Below, one piece after another: positions 35,730-44,184 of a stretch of 64,000 bases of DNA. The position numbers were made by a program, and so were the translations under genes. The notes beneath the pieces are model-generated. The model was not told where the DNA came from, searched no databases, and was given only the letters and a program-made list of their open reading frames with translations. Numbering within the stretch: the first letter of the stretch is position 1; every line of letters starts with the position of its first letter. Location of the stretch: NCBI GenBank assembly GCA_018713725.1, contig DVOJ01000015.1:84390-148389 (forward strand). Direction: 5' to 3'. The stretch comes from Candidatus Caccopulliclostridium gallistercoris (GTDB lineage Bacteria; Bacillota; Clostridia; Christensenellales; UBA1242).

Positions 35730-36917
35730 TTATTTTATAGCGGTTTTTAATTCTAACACGGCAAGCGTTTCCACGTGATGTGTTTCAGGAAACATATCAT
35801 AAGGCTGCAAAAATTTTATATTGTAAACTTCTTTAAGTAAACTAATATCTCTTGCTAGTGTTATTGGGTTGCAAGACACGTAAATTATTTTACTCGGCTG
35901 TTTATTTAATAAAGTTTCTATCACCTTTTTATCCACGCCAGCACGCGGCGGGTCTAAAATAATGGTGTTAAAATTAAGGCTAAAAAGCTCTTTTTTGGTA
36001 TCGCCATTAATATTTTTTAAAATTTTTAAATTATTTAATTTTTTTAAAACATTGGCATTTTTTGTAGCGGATTTTACTATCTCTATTCCGGTAACGCTTT
36101 TTGCCTTTCTTGCTATTATTGCGCTAAGTAGCCCGCTGCCAGAATAGGCGTCCACTACAACATCTGCGGGCGAAATAAAGCTTAAAATTTTTTCATATAT
36201 TTTATTTTTAACTTCGTCGTTTACTTGATAAAAGGAATTATTAGTAAAATAATATTTAATATTAAATTCTTCTTTTAAAAAATATTCCTGCCCCGCTTTA
36301 AAAATTAAATTATTATTAAAATATGCAAAAATACCATAATTTAAGGCTATTTTTTTAATTTTTTCTTCAAAAAGAATTGTATTTTTAAAATTATTATCTT
36401 TTAATTTAAAGGTTACCAAAACATTATTTTTATAACTTTGCAAAATAATTTCTAAAATATTTTTTAAATTTATTTCTTTTAATATTCTAATTATTTTATT
36501 TATTTCTTCGCTTGCAATTTTACAAGCAGCTATTTCCACTAGGTTATGCGAATTAAATTCGTATAGTCCTATTTTCTCGCCGTCGCACTTTAAAGTTAAT
36601 TTATTTCTATAAAAGTACTCCTTTTCGCTTGGAACGCAAGGAAGAACTTTTGGCTCTAACTTAAACTTTTTAAAGGAAAGCTTTACCTTATTTTGCTTAT
36701 ATTCTAAGGCGCTTTTATAATTTAAATGTTCTAAGCTGCACCCGCCGCAGCGCATAAAGTACGAGCACTTTGGTTTAACCCTAAAATTAGACACTTTTAT
36801 AATTTTGCCGTCTTCAAGTTCTTCGCCTGGCAAATAAAAAGGCAAAAATATAGCCTTACCGCTCTCCGCGTGCGCTATACCTTCGCCGTTCATTCCTAAA
36901 TCGTCTATTTTTAACAT
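35730..36917 (-). CDS. 23S rRNA (uracil-C5)-methyltransferase, RlmD/RumA family
   Basis: TRAM-like N-terminus, Fe-S Cys cluster CSYFMRCGGCSLEH, SAM motif VVDAYSGSGLLS, DPPRAG and YVSCNP. The central part of the gene is strikingly A+T-rich. Confidence 0.85.
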   Translation of the reverse strand: MLKIDDLGMNGEGIAHAESGKAIFLPFYLPGEELEDGKIIKVSNFRVKPKCSYFMRCGGCSLEHLNYKSALEYKQNKVKLSFKKFKLEPKVLPCVPSEKEYFYRNKLTLKCDGEKIGLYEFNSHNLVEIAACKIASEEINKIIRILKEINLKNILEIILQSYKNNVLVTFKLKDNNFKNTILFEEKIKKIALNYGIFAYFNNNLIFKAGQEYFLKEEFNIKYYFTNNSFYQVNDEVKNKIYEKILSFISPADVVVDAYSGSGLLSAIIARKAKSVTGIEIVKSATKNANVLKKLNNLKILKNINGDTKKELFSLNFNTIILDPPRAGVDKKVIETLLNKQPSKIIYVSCNPITLARDISLLKEVYNIKFLQPYDMFPETHHVETLAVLELKTAIK

Positions 36918-36959
36918 GAGTTTATTTTAGCATGCTTTTAATAAAAAGTCACTAAAATT

Positions 36960-37313
36960 TTAAGCTTGCCGAGCAGAACTACTTATTGCGTTCACGGCAT
37001 TTAGCATTAAATTGTTAACACTTTTATTTTCTAGCTTATATAGAATTATCTTTCCGTCGCGACGGCAGGAAACTATGCCCTTATCCTTTAAAAGCTTTAG
37101 TTGATGGCTAAGCGTAGTTTGATTTATTTCAAGTAATAGCGATAGGTCGCTTACGCACATATCACACATGGAAAGGCAAGATATAATTTTAACACGCGTA
37201 TAGTCGGAAAAATTAGAAAAGTAGTCCGCCAGCTTTTCCGTTACACTCTTAGACGGCATATAGTCTAAAATTTCCTTTTTGGCGCTATCTTTTAATAATA
37301 AAAATTTGCTCAT
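36960..37313 (-). CDS. ArsR/SmtB-family metal-responsive transcriptional regulator
   Basis: The winged HTH SMCDMCVSDLSLLLEINQTTLSHQLKLLKDKGIV matches the ELCVCDL...S.HL..L...G pattern, with Cys residues in the alpha3 region. Confidence 0.85.
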   Translation of the reverse strand: MSKFLLLKDSAKKEILDYMPSKSVTEKLADYFSNFSDYTRVKIISCLSMCDMCVSDLSLLLEINQTTLSHQLKLLKDKGIVSCRRDGKIILYKLENKSVNNLMLNAVNAISSSARQA

Positions 37314-37325
37314 ATTCTCTCCGCG

Positions 37326-37349
37326 TGAACGTTTTTGTTAAAAAGTTCA
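37326..37349. promoter_or_regulatory. operator-like palindrome in the divergent arsR / Cys-peptide promoter region
   Basis: TGAACGTTTTTGTTAAAAAGTTCA is a near-perfect 24-bp inverted repeat with TGAAC...GTTCA ends, as in described ArsR/SmtB (CzrA/SmtB-type) operators. It starts 13 nt upstream of the arsR start. Confidence 0.45.
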
Positions 37350-37460
37350 TATATACTCACTGTACATATTTGCGCGGGGATTAGTCAAACTTTAAACGTG
37401 CAAATTTTTAGGATAAAACTTGAATTTAGTAAAATTTTGTAGAAAGGAGGATTTTAAGCA

Positions 37461-37655
37461 ATGGACTTTTCGCAAAACATTCTAATGGTATTGTTGCTTT
37501 CAACAATCGCGCAGGGCACGGGAACGGAGCTTGCTACTAACACAAATTTTTTACTACTACTTCTTCTTGCCTTAAACGGTCAAAACGGCTCTTCCGGCTG
37601 CGGTTGCGGCTGCAACAACGGTTGCAGTTCATGCGGCGGAAACAGATTCTTCTAA
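37461..37655 (+). CDS. small hydrophobic + Cys/Gly-rich peptide (64 aa)
   Basis: Strong RBS AAGGAGG 8 nt before the ATG. The sequence is MDFSQNILMVLLLSTIAQG...FLLLLLLALNGQNGSSGCGCGCNNGCSSCGGNRFF. It is divergent from the ArsR-type regulator. Confidence 0.55.
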   Translation: MDFSQNILMVLLLSTIAQGTGTELATNTNFLLLLLLALNGQNGSSGCGCGCNNGCSSCGGNRFF

Positions 37656-38251
37656 TGTTTTAAAAATTCAAGTTTATTTTTAATTCTATGAAGGCTGTTG
37701 TCCACACTTTTGGTGTTTTTACCAACCATTTTAGAAATTGTTTGATATGAATTACCTTTTAAATAAAGAGTAAGCACTTTTAGCTCTAAGGGCGAAAGTG
37801 CCCTTTTTATTTTTGTTAGAATTTCTTCGTAATTTTCGCGCTCTATGATTTCGTCGTCGGGCGAAAGGTCTGAGGACGGAATTACAAGCACGGCTTCTTC
37901 TTCGCCGTTCTCGCCCGTTTTATACCCGCCTTGCGAGTCTAGCGAAATATAGTTATTTAAAACCTTGTTTTTTTGCCTATTTGCCTGCTTTACCGCACTT
38001 TGAATTTGCCTTTTTATGCAAAGATAGGCAAAAGTTTTAAAGCTTGCGCTTTTTTCATTAAAATTTTTGCACGCTTTATAAAGCCCTATCATGCCTTCTT
38101 GCACTAAGTCGTCGAGTTCCGAGCCCACCAAAAAATAACTGCGGGCAACGCTGCTAACTACGGGCTTATATCTAGAAAATAGCTCTTCTATGGCGCCTTG
38201 TTTTCCTTCTCTTATAAGTTTTACAAGTTCTTCATCAGATTTTTTCTGCAA
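37652..38251 (-). CDS. sigma-70 family sigma factor (SigH-like by sequence and context)
   Basis: Region 2 DLVQEGMIGLYKA and region 4 HTH SYQTISKMVGKNTKSVDNSLHRIKNKL. It follows rlmB as in the Firmicutes mrnC-rlmB-sigH neighbourhood. Confidence 0.8.
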   Translation of the reverse strand: MQKKSDEELVKLIREGKQGAIEELFSRYKPVVSSVARSYFLVGSELDDLVQEGMIGLYKACKNFNEKSASFKTFAYLCIKRQIQSAVKQANRQKNKVLNNYISLDSQGGYKTGENGEEEAVLVIPSSDLSPDDEIIERENYEEILTKIKRALSPLELKVLTLYLKGNSYQTISKMVGKNTKSVDNSLHRIKNKLEFLKH

Positions 38252-38253
38252 AA

Positions 38254-38967
38254 TTAGCTCCTTCTCTGTCTTAAAATTTCAAAAAGCACAATGCCGGTAG
38301 CAACGCTTGCGTTAAGGCTGTTCACTTTGCCCATCATTGGCATGGAGATAATTCCGTCGCACTTTTCCTTTGTAAGCTTGCTAACGCCCTTGCCTTCGCT
38401 GCCTATAACAACGGCTATTGGGCCGTTTAAATTTGTTTTATATATGTCGCTTCCGCCGGCTTCCGCCGCCCATACCCAAAGGCCCTTCTTCTTTAACTTT
38501 TCAATTTCGTTATTAATGTTGCTAACGCGGGCTATTTTCATGTTGCTAACAGCGCCCGTGCTAGTTTTTATAACGGTATCGTTTACGGCAACAGCTCTAT
38601 CCTTAGGAATAATAATTCCATGCACGCCCGCGCATTCCGCGCTACGAATGATAGCTCCAAAGTTATGCGGGTCGTTTATGCCGTCTAATATTAAAATGAA
38701 AGGAAGAGCGTTTTCCGCCCCTTCCAAAATTTCGTCTACCGTGGAATATGTAAATTCGACAGTTTCCGCAGTTATGCCCTGATTTTTTCCGTACTTTTTA
38801 TCTAGCACGTTCTTTGGCAGATATTCCACCTTTATCTTTTTATTTCTAGCAAGGCTGGCAAGCTTTTGAACTTCGTAGTCTTTGTCGCCAATCTGCACAC
38901 AAACCTTGTTTATTGTAAGCCCGCTGCTTAGCGCTTCACGTATACTATTTTTTGTGGTTAAAATCAT
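38254..38967 (-). CDS. rlmB: 23S rRNA (guanosine-2'-O)-methyltransferase, RlmB/TrmH family
   Basis: SpoU motifs LDGINDPHNFGAIIRSA, VIGSEGKGVS and IPMMGKVNSLNASVA. Confidence 0.85.
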   Translation of the reverse strand: MILTTKNSIREALSSGLTINKVCVQIGDKDYEVQKLASLARNKKIKVEYLPKNVLDKKYGKNQGITAETVEFTYSTVDEILEGAENALPFILILDGINDPHNFGAIIRSAECAGVHGIIIPKDRAVAVNDTVIKTSTGAVSNMKIARVSNINNEIEKLKKKGLWVWAAEAGGSDIYKTNLNGPIAVVIGSEGKGVSKLTKEKCDGIISMPMMGKVNSLNASVATGIVLFEILRQRRS

Positions 38968-38982
38968 TTTGCCCTACTTTTA

Positions 38983-39114
38983 TTAATCTTCTTTTTCTTC
39001 ATCTTCTAAATTAGGAAAATATTCATTAGGAAGCTCAAAAACAACCTTTTCTTTTCCTGCCATTATGCTATTTAATTCGTTTACCGTGTTTTCATTCTTA
39101 AAAAATTCTTGCAT
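38983..39114 (-). CDS. possible small acidic protein (43 aa), not in the ORF track
   Basis: The minus strand reads GGAGATAGAAC-ATG, giving MQEFFKNENTVNELNSIMAGKEKVVFELPNEYFPNLEDEEKED*. It fills the gap between mrnC and rlmB. Confidence 0.35.
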   Translation of the reverse strand: MQEFFKNENTVNELNSIMAGKEKVVFELPNEYFPNLEDEEKED

Positions 39115-39153
39115 GTTCTATCTCCTACACTAGTTTTAGCATTTTTATAAAGT

Positions 39154-39507
39154 TTATGTCAAATCTTCAAGCGTTTTGTTTAAAATTTCCGCTAAGCGCG
39201 CCTTGTCTGTAAGGTAAAGATAGCCAACAAGCGCTTCAAAACTTGTCGCACGCTTGTATTCAACTAGGCTTGAGTTTTTAGGCGCGTCGTGAGTTTTTGC
39301 GTTTCTTGCCTTTCTTACTACGTCCTTTTCTTCTTCCGTGAGAATCGGCTCCAACTTTTTAAGCGCCTCGCTCTGCGCGGACGCCTTGCAGTAAGAAGAG
39401 CAAAGCCTGTGCAAACTTCCTGCCGTAACATTCTCGTTTATAAAATGCTCCCGAATAAAGAGCGTATGCACGCTGTCGCCTAAAAAGGCTAGCACTAAAC
39501 TGTTCAT
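39154..39507 (-). CDS. mrnC: mini-ribonuclease III
   Basis: 117 aa with the signature LAFLGDSVHTLFIREH. It overlaps the hisS stop by 4 nt. Confidence 0.85.
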   Translation of the reverse strand: MNSLVLAFLGDSVHTLFIREHFINENVTAGSLHRLCSSYCKASAQSEALKKLEPILTEEEKDVVRKARNAKTHDAPKNSSLVEYKRATSFEALVGYLYLTDKARLAEILNKTLEDLT

Positions 39508-40772
39508 AAAACGCCTTTAATCTCCTCTAATTTTACCTTGACCGTTTCCCCCGTCTGCATGTTCTTTACGCCGAAAATTCCGCTTGCCACTTCGTCTTCT
39601 CCCACCACTATTATATATGGCACGCCCATCTTGTTTGCCGCGTTCATTCTTGCCTTAAAACTTCTTGAATATAGCACTTCGCAAGGCACGTTTTCCGCGC
39701 GCAATTTTGCCGCCATATTAAAAGAGAAACTTTCCGTGTCGCCAATAGGAATAATAGCAAGCTTAGAATAATTCTCTCCGCCTATTTCAAGTTTTCCAAG
39801 TTCTTTTAGTAGCACAAATAGCCTTGTAAGCCCCATGCCAAAGCCCACGCCCGGCATTTTGGAAGAAGAGAAGTAACTAGCTAGGTTTTCATATCTTCCG
39901 CCGCCGCCTATGCTGATAGCTGGGAACTCCTTTAAGCGCCCTTCAAACACCGTTCCGGTGTAGTAATCAAGCCCACGGATAATGCTCAAATTTAGCTTTG
40001 CGTTTTTAACGTTCATAACGCCTAAAAGGCTAAGCACTTTTTCAAGCTCGCTTACACCTTCTTTATAGGTCTCGTTTTGTACGCCGGAGTTTTTAAGCTC
40101 TTCTAAGCTCTTCATTTCAAATATTTTAAAAATCTTCTCCGCGCTCTCGCCCGCAAGCTCTTTTACTTCCTTAAAGCACGCGTCTTTGCCCATCTTCTCG
40201 CATTTATCTAAAAGAGCTAGTATTTCGTTTTGTTTGCCTGTTAGCCCTTCTTCTTCAAATAGCCCCAAAAGCACCTTTCTATTTGAAACAAGAATTTCCG
40301 CGTCTACGTTTAGTGCGGTATAGATATTACTTAAAATGCTTATAACTTCGGCGTCCGCTTCTATTGGAAGCTCGCCGTCGCCAATAATATCTGCGTCGCA
40401 TTGATAGAACTCGCGAAGCCTGCCCTTTTGTGGACGTTCTCCCCTAAACACCTTGCCTATTTGGTAGCGTCTGAAAGGAAAGGTAAGCTCGTTTTTATAA
40501 AGGCTCACATACTTTGCTAACGGCACGGTTAAATCAAAGCGCATGGTCATATCTGTGTCGCCCTTTATAACTCTAAAAATTTGTTTCTCAGTTTCTCCGC
40601 CAGCCTTAGCTAGAAGTATTTCAGATAGCTCTAAAATAGGTGTATCAAGGCACGCAAGCCCATTCAAGCGTAGCACGCTTTCCACCTTTTCCTTCATAGA
40701 GTTAAAAACTTTTTGTTCCTTTGGTAAAAGTTCTAAAAATCCAGACATAGTTCTTGGTTTTACTGTTTGCAT
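39504..40772 (-). CDS. hisS: histidine--tRNA ligase
   Basis: Class II motifs RYQIGKVFRGERPQKGRLREFYQCD and GGGGRYENL, plus a C-terminal anticodon-binding domain. Confidence 0.95.
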   Translation of the reverse strand: MQTVKPRTMSGFLELLPKEQKVFNSMKEKVESVLRLNGLACLDTPILELSEILLAKAGGETEKQIFRVIKGDTDMTMRFDLTVPLAKYVSLYKNELTFPFRRYQIGKVFRGERPQKGRLREFYQCDADIIGDGELPIEADAEVISILSNIYTALNVDAEILVSNRKVLLGLFEEEGLTGKQNEILALLDKCEKMGKDACFKEVKELAGESAEKIFKIFEMKSLEELKNSGVQNETYKEGVSELEKVLSLLGVMNVKNAKLNLSIIRGLDYYTGTVFEGRLKEFPAISIGGGGRYENLASYFSSSKMPGVGFGMGLTRLFVLLKELGKLEIGGENYSKLAIIPIGDTESFSFNMAAKLRAENVPCEVLYSRSFKARMNAANKMGVPYIIVVGEDEVASGIFGVKNMQTGETVKVKLEEIKGVL

Positions 40773-40805
40773 AAAATTTCCCCTAGTTTTCGATATTTTA
40801 ACCCT

Positions 40806-41009
40806 TTATCCACACCTTTGTCAACAAAAACAAATGTTCAAATAATTTTATGTGTAACATATATTTAAAAGGGATATAGCCGCTGTTGTGCACAACTAGG
40901 GGTAAGTTATCCACATTTCCACAAAGTTGTCGCCACTAATTTTTATAAATTTTCATGAATAAGTATGCATAAGGGGATAAATTTGTACAAAACCCCCAAG
41001 TTATCCACA
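40806..41009 (+). promoter_or_regulatory. cluster of three perfect DnaA boxes (TTATCCACA)
   Basis: TTATCCACA occurs at 40806..40814, 40907..40915 and 41001..41009, all on the plus strand. The last two lie in a 21-nt direct repeat AAGTTATCCACATTTCCACAA. An A+T-rich stretch lies at 40850..40870. Confidence 0.6.
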
Positions 41010-41020
41010 TTTCCACAATA

Positions 41021-41051
41021 AAAACTCTCCAAAACCGCTTTGAAGAGTTTT
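41021..41051 (-). terminator. probable prfB terminator
   Basis: aaaactct...agagtttt 8-bp stem with A/T-rich flanks, ~60 nt after the prfB stop. Confidence 0.4.
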
Positions 41052-41108
41052 TAGTTATAAAAGTGTAAGGATTAACAGGTAAGGTAAGCAATTACAGCAA
41101 TCCTTTCC

Positions 41109-42216
41109 CTACTGCACGGCGTTACTTTTCTTTAAATAGTCCGTTATAAAGGGTTGTAGGTCGCCGTCCATTACGGCTTGAATGTTGGACGTTTCATAAC
41201 CAGTTCTGTGGTCCTTAACAAGATTGTAGGGGTGAAATACATAAGACCGTATTTGGCTGCCCCACTCTATCTTCTTAATATCTCCACGTATGCTGGATAA
41301 CTTATCTAGCTCTTCCTGCTCCTGCATTTCCGCAAGTTTGCCGTAGAGCATCTTCATGGCAGTTTCACGGTTTTGAATTTGGGAACGCTCCGTTTGGCAG
41401 GATACCACAATGCCTGTTGGAATATGTGTTATTCTTATGGCGCTCTCCGTTTTGTTTACGTGCTGGCCACCCGCGCCGCTACTTCTATAGGTGTCCACCT
41501 TTAAATCTTCCGGCTTTATCACTATATCCGGAGTATCGTCTAGCTCGGGCATAACTTCAAGGCTGGCAAAGCTTGTATGACGGCGCGCATTTGCGTCGAA
41601 AGGCGATATTCTAACAAGCCTATGAACGCCCTTTTCGCTCTTTAAATAGCCGTACGCGTTTTCCCCTTCCACTAGAAAGGTAACGCTTTTAATGCCGGCT
41701 TCGTCGCCGTCTAAAATATCTAAAAGCGTGGTTTTATATCCCATTTTTTCCGCGTACATAGTGTACATTCTATATAGCATGGAAACCCAGTCCTGTGCTT
41801 CCGTGCCGCCAGCGCCCGCGTGGAGCGTTAAGATAGCGTTTAAACTATCATACTTTCCGTTTAAAAGCGTTTCTAGTTTTAAGTTTTCTAGCCTTTCTTC
41901 AAGGTTTTTAAGCTCTGTGTTAAGCTCGGAAAACAGTTCTTCGTCTTCTGAGCCTGAAAGCATTTCTATCATAGCTTTAAGGTCGGCAAAAGAGCTGTCA
42001 AAATTTTTAATAAGTTCTAACTTTTCTTCTGCACGCCTTTGCTTTTTGCCAACTTCTTTAACTAACTTTAAGTTCTCGTAAAAGCCTTCACTCTCTTTTT
42101 CTTCTTCACACTTTTTTATTGTGGCTTTTAAGCCTTCTTCGTCAAAGGCACCCCCTTAAAAAAGTGTACTCGTTTTCTAAGTTTTTTAGTTTTATTTGCT
42201 GATTATCTAAAATCAT
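41109..42216 (-). CDS. prfB: peptide chain release factor 2, requires a programmed +1 frameshift
   Basis: ATG at 42216 gives [24 protein letters not shown], then an in-frame TGA. Shifting +1 continues [11 protein letters not shown]... into the listed ORF, which contains [23 protein letters not shown]. Total length is 1108 nt (3n+1). Confidence 0.92.
42141..42156 (-). promoter_or_regulatory. prfB autoregulatory +1 frameshift site
   Basis: The minus strand reads AGGGGG TGC CTT TGA C: an SD-like element, then the slippery CTT followed by a UGA stop with C context. Confidence 0.9.
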
Positions 42217-42224
42217 GTTAACTC

Positions 42225-43157
42225 CTAATAGCCAAAAGCAGCGAATGGGTCTTCAATGTTTTGCTCTTTATCCATTTCGTAGAAGGTGTACGTCAAGTAG
42301 TTATGCGCGTGTTGGTTTCCAACTACACCCAAAATGCCCGCTGGAACAACTTCAAAAGTTTCGTCTAGCGTGTAGCTTAAAAGGTGACCGTTCACTTTGC
42401 TAATTCTAAAAGTGATGGAGATGTTTATAGAGTTTTGTGGAACGGAGTCTACATAAGGGCTACTTGTTACAGGATTGTAATAATTTGAAGGTATGGCATC
42501 TTGGTCCATAACAACTTTAAACTCGTAGTAGGAATCGTAGGAGAGCCTATCGAAATATACAAGCGTTGTTGTGCTTGGAGATATGTCTAACAAAAAGTCA
42601 TGAGCGTCACGCTCGCCATTAGCAAATTTATCTGTGTACGTATAGGTTTCTGGCTCTTCTTCTATAACATAACTTTCCTGCCAAACGTAGTTTTTTGTGT
42701 TGCTTCTTTTAGAAATGCCGTCGGCGTTCGTGTACACAATTCTGCAAGAACTATCTAAAAAGGAACTCGTTCCCTTTTTATATGAAATTTCCAAATTGTT
42801 TGCATAGTCGCTAACCTTACCATTTCTTTTGAAGATTGCATACATATATTGCGTGCCAATAGCAGCGTCCGCTTGTCCGCTCATAATTGCATAGCAGCCT
42901 GCGCCATTAGCAAAAATATTGTAAGAGTATTCCCACAAACTATACGCGTTTTTAAATACTGGTAAAGTCTCGGTGTTACCGCCGTCTTCTTCACCATCTC
43001 CTGTATCCGTCGGCGGAGTTGGAATAACTTCTTCCGGAAGGTCGGGCTGAACGTTAGAGCTAGAACTAGCCGCCGCGCCACCAAACACAAAACCTAAAAC
43101 TAGTGCCACTAGTAAAATTGCAACAATAGAATAATATCTTAAACGTTTAAAAATCAT
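42225..43157 (-). CDS. membrane-anchored protein of unknown function (310 aa), paralog of 43193..44065
   Basis: N-terminal TM helix, acidic Pro/Gly-rich linker, then LPVFKNAYSLWEYSYNIFANG (paralog: LPTFKTWDKLWEYSYNILLEG). The stop lies 9 nt before the prfB start. Confidence 0.7.
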   Translation of the reverse strand: MIFKRLRYYSIVAILLVALVLGFVFGGAAASSSSNVQPDLPEEVIPTPPTDTGDGEEDGGNTETLPVFKNAYSLWEYSYNIFANGAGCYAIMSGQADAAIGTQYMYAIFKRNGKVSDYANNLEISYKKGTSSFLDSSCRIVYTNADGISKRSNTKNYVWQESYVIEEEPETYTYTDKFANGERDAHDFLLDISPSTTTLVYFDRLSYDSYYEFKVVMDQDAIPSNYYNPVTSSPYVDSVPQNSINISITFRISKVNGHLLSYTLDETFEVVPAGILGVVGNQHAHNYLTYTFYEMDKEQNIEDPFAAFGY

Positions 43158-43192
43158 TTTAATTTCCTTTTATTAAATAAACTTGTATGTAA

Positions 43193-44065
43193 TTAACTCA
43201 TTTGAAATATTTGAACAGCAGTAGAAAAACAATCTGCCGTGATAGGTAAGAAAGATACGTTGTTTTTGTAGTCTTCCGTAGTAGTAATAGAGTACAACGC
43301 TCCTGTCTTCTTACTAATTCTAATTTCAATTGTAATTGCATTTATATCTACACTTTCAACAAGCCCTGTTGAAGTGAATCCGTTATAGTACCCCTCGGTT
43401 AACTTATCTAGTTTATAGCTAAGCTTGATTATATAATAACTCGAATTTGATAATTTGTCAAATACATAATTAACGTTATTTTTATTTAGTTCTAATCCTC
43501 TTAAAGCATATAAATTTGGGCGAACCTCGCTATTACGCTCTCTTACGTCTATCTCTTCGTCTGTAAAGTTATATGTGCGCTCGGCGTAGTTTACGTTGTA
43601 GGTCTTTCTCTTCTCAGCTTTTTCATAGGTTATGCGTTCATATTCATAATACGTAGCCGTAGAACCAGCTAAGGGATTAGAGTTAGTGGTAAAATATTCT
43701 AAGAATAGTTCGCCCGTTTCCGCGTTTAAATTTTCACTGCCCGCAAAGCTTTGAATTGCACTCACGCCCATAGAGTTTGCGTCTACGCTCATGGTAAAGG
43801 TAGAAGTGTAGCCTTCTAGTAATATATTATATGAATACTCCCAGAGCTTATCCCAAGTTTTAAAGGTTGGAAGGGTTACGTCTTCTTCTTCGCTATCCTC
43901 TGGGCCCTCTGGAAGATTAGGGTCTTCTACGCTGCCCGGGTCTTCGGGCAAAATTGGGTCTATGGTACCGCTTGTGGTGCCATGGCCGGAAAAGGCAGTT
44001 ACGCAAACTATCATAACCACTAAAAGTGATAAAATTATATAGTATTTAACTTTTTTAAATGTCAT
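43193..44065 (-). CDS. membrane-anchored protein of unknown function (290 aa), paralog of 42225..43157
   Basis: Same architecture and shared motifs (LWEYSYN; ...ISITFRISKVNGHL vs ...ITIEIRISKKTGAL). Confidence 0.7.
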   Translation of the reverse strand: MTFKKVKYYIILSLLVVMIVCVTAFSGHGTTSGTIDPILPEDPGSVEDPNLPEGPEDSEEEDVTLPTFKTWDKLWEYSYNILLEGYTSTFTMSVDANSMGVSAIQSFAGSENLNAETGELFLEYFTTNSNPLAGSTATYYEYERITYEKAEKRKTYNVNYAERTYNFTDEEIDVRERNSEVRPNLYALRGLELNKNNVNYVFDKLSNSSYYIIKLSYKLDKLTEGYYNGFTSTGLVESVDINAITIEIRISKKTGALYSITTTEDYKNNVSFLPITADCFSTAVQIFQMS

Positions 44066-44169
44066 ATGTCACCGCTTTTATTCTACAAAAATTTTAAGCG
44101 TTTGTAAAGATAGTTTTATGAATTTGCGTAAAATAAGTTTAAAAAACCGTTTTAAATTAAAAATTTATA

Positions 44170-44178
44170 TGATATAAT
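44170..44178 (+). promoter_or_regulatory. extended -10 element placed for leaderless transcription of the ATPase gene
   Basis: TGaTATAAT ends at 44178 and the A of ATG 44185 is the 7th nt downstream. There is no SD sequence in between. Confidence 0.4.
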
Positions 44179-44184
44179 ACCACT

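Noticed and set aside
40773-41108. Chromosomal replication origin (oriC)
   Set aside because: Three perfect DnaA boxes are real. However, there is no dnaA, dnaN or rpmH nearby, genes to the right do not switch to the plus strand, and I cannot compute GC skew here. It is kept as a DnaA-box cluster finding, not called oriC.
40773-41108. T-box riboswitch leader upstream of hisS
   Set aside because: I found no T-box consensus (…GGGTGGTACCGCG…) or specifier/terminator architecture on the minus strand.
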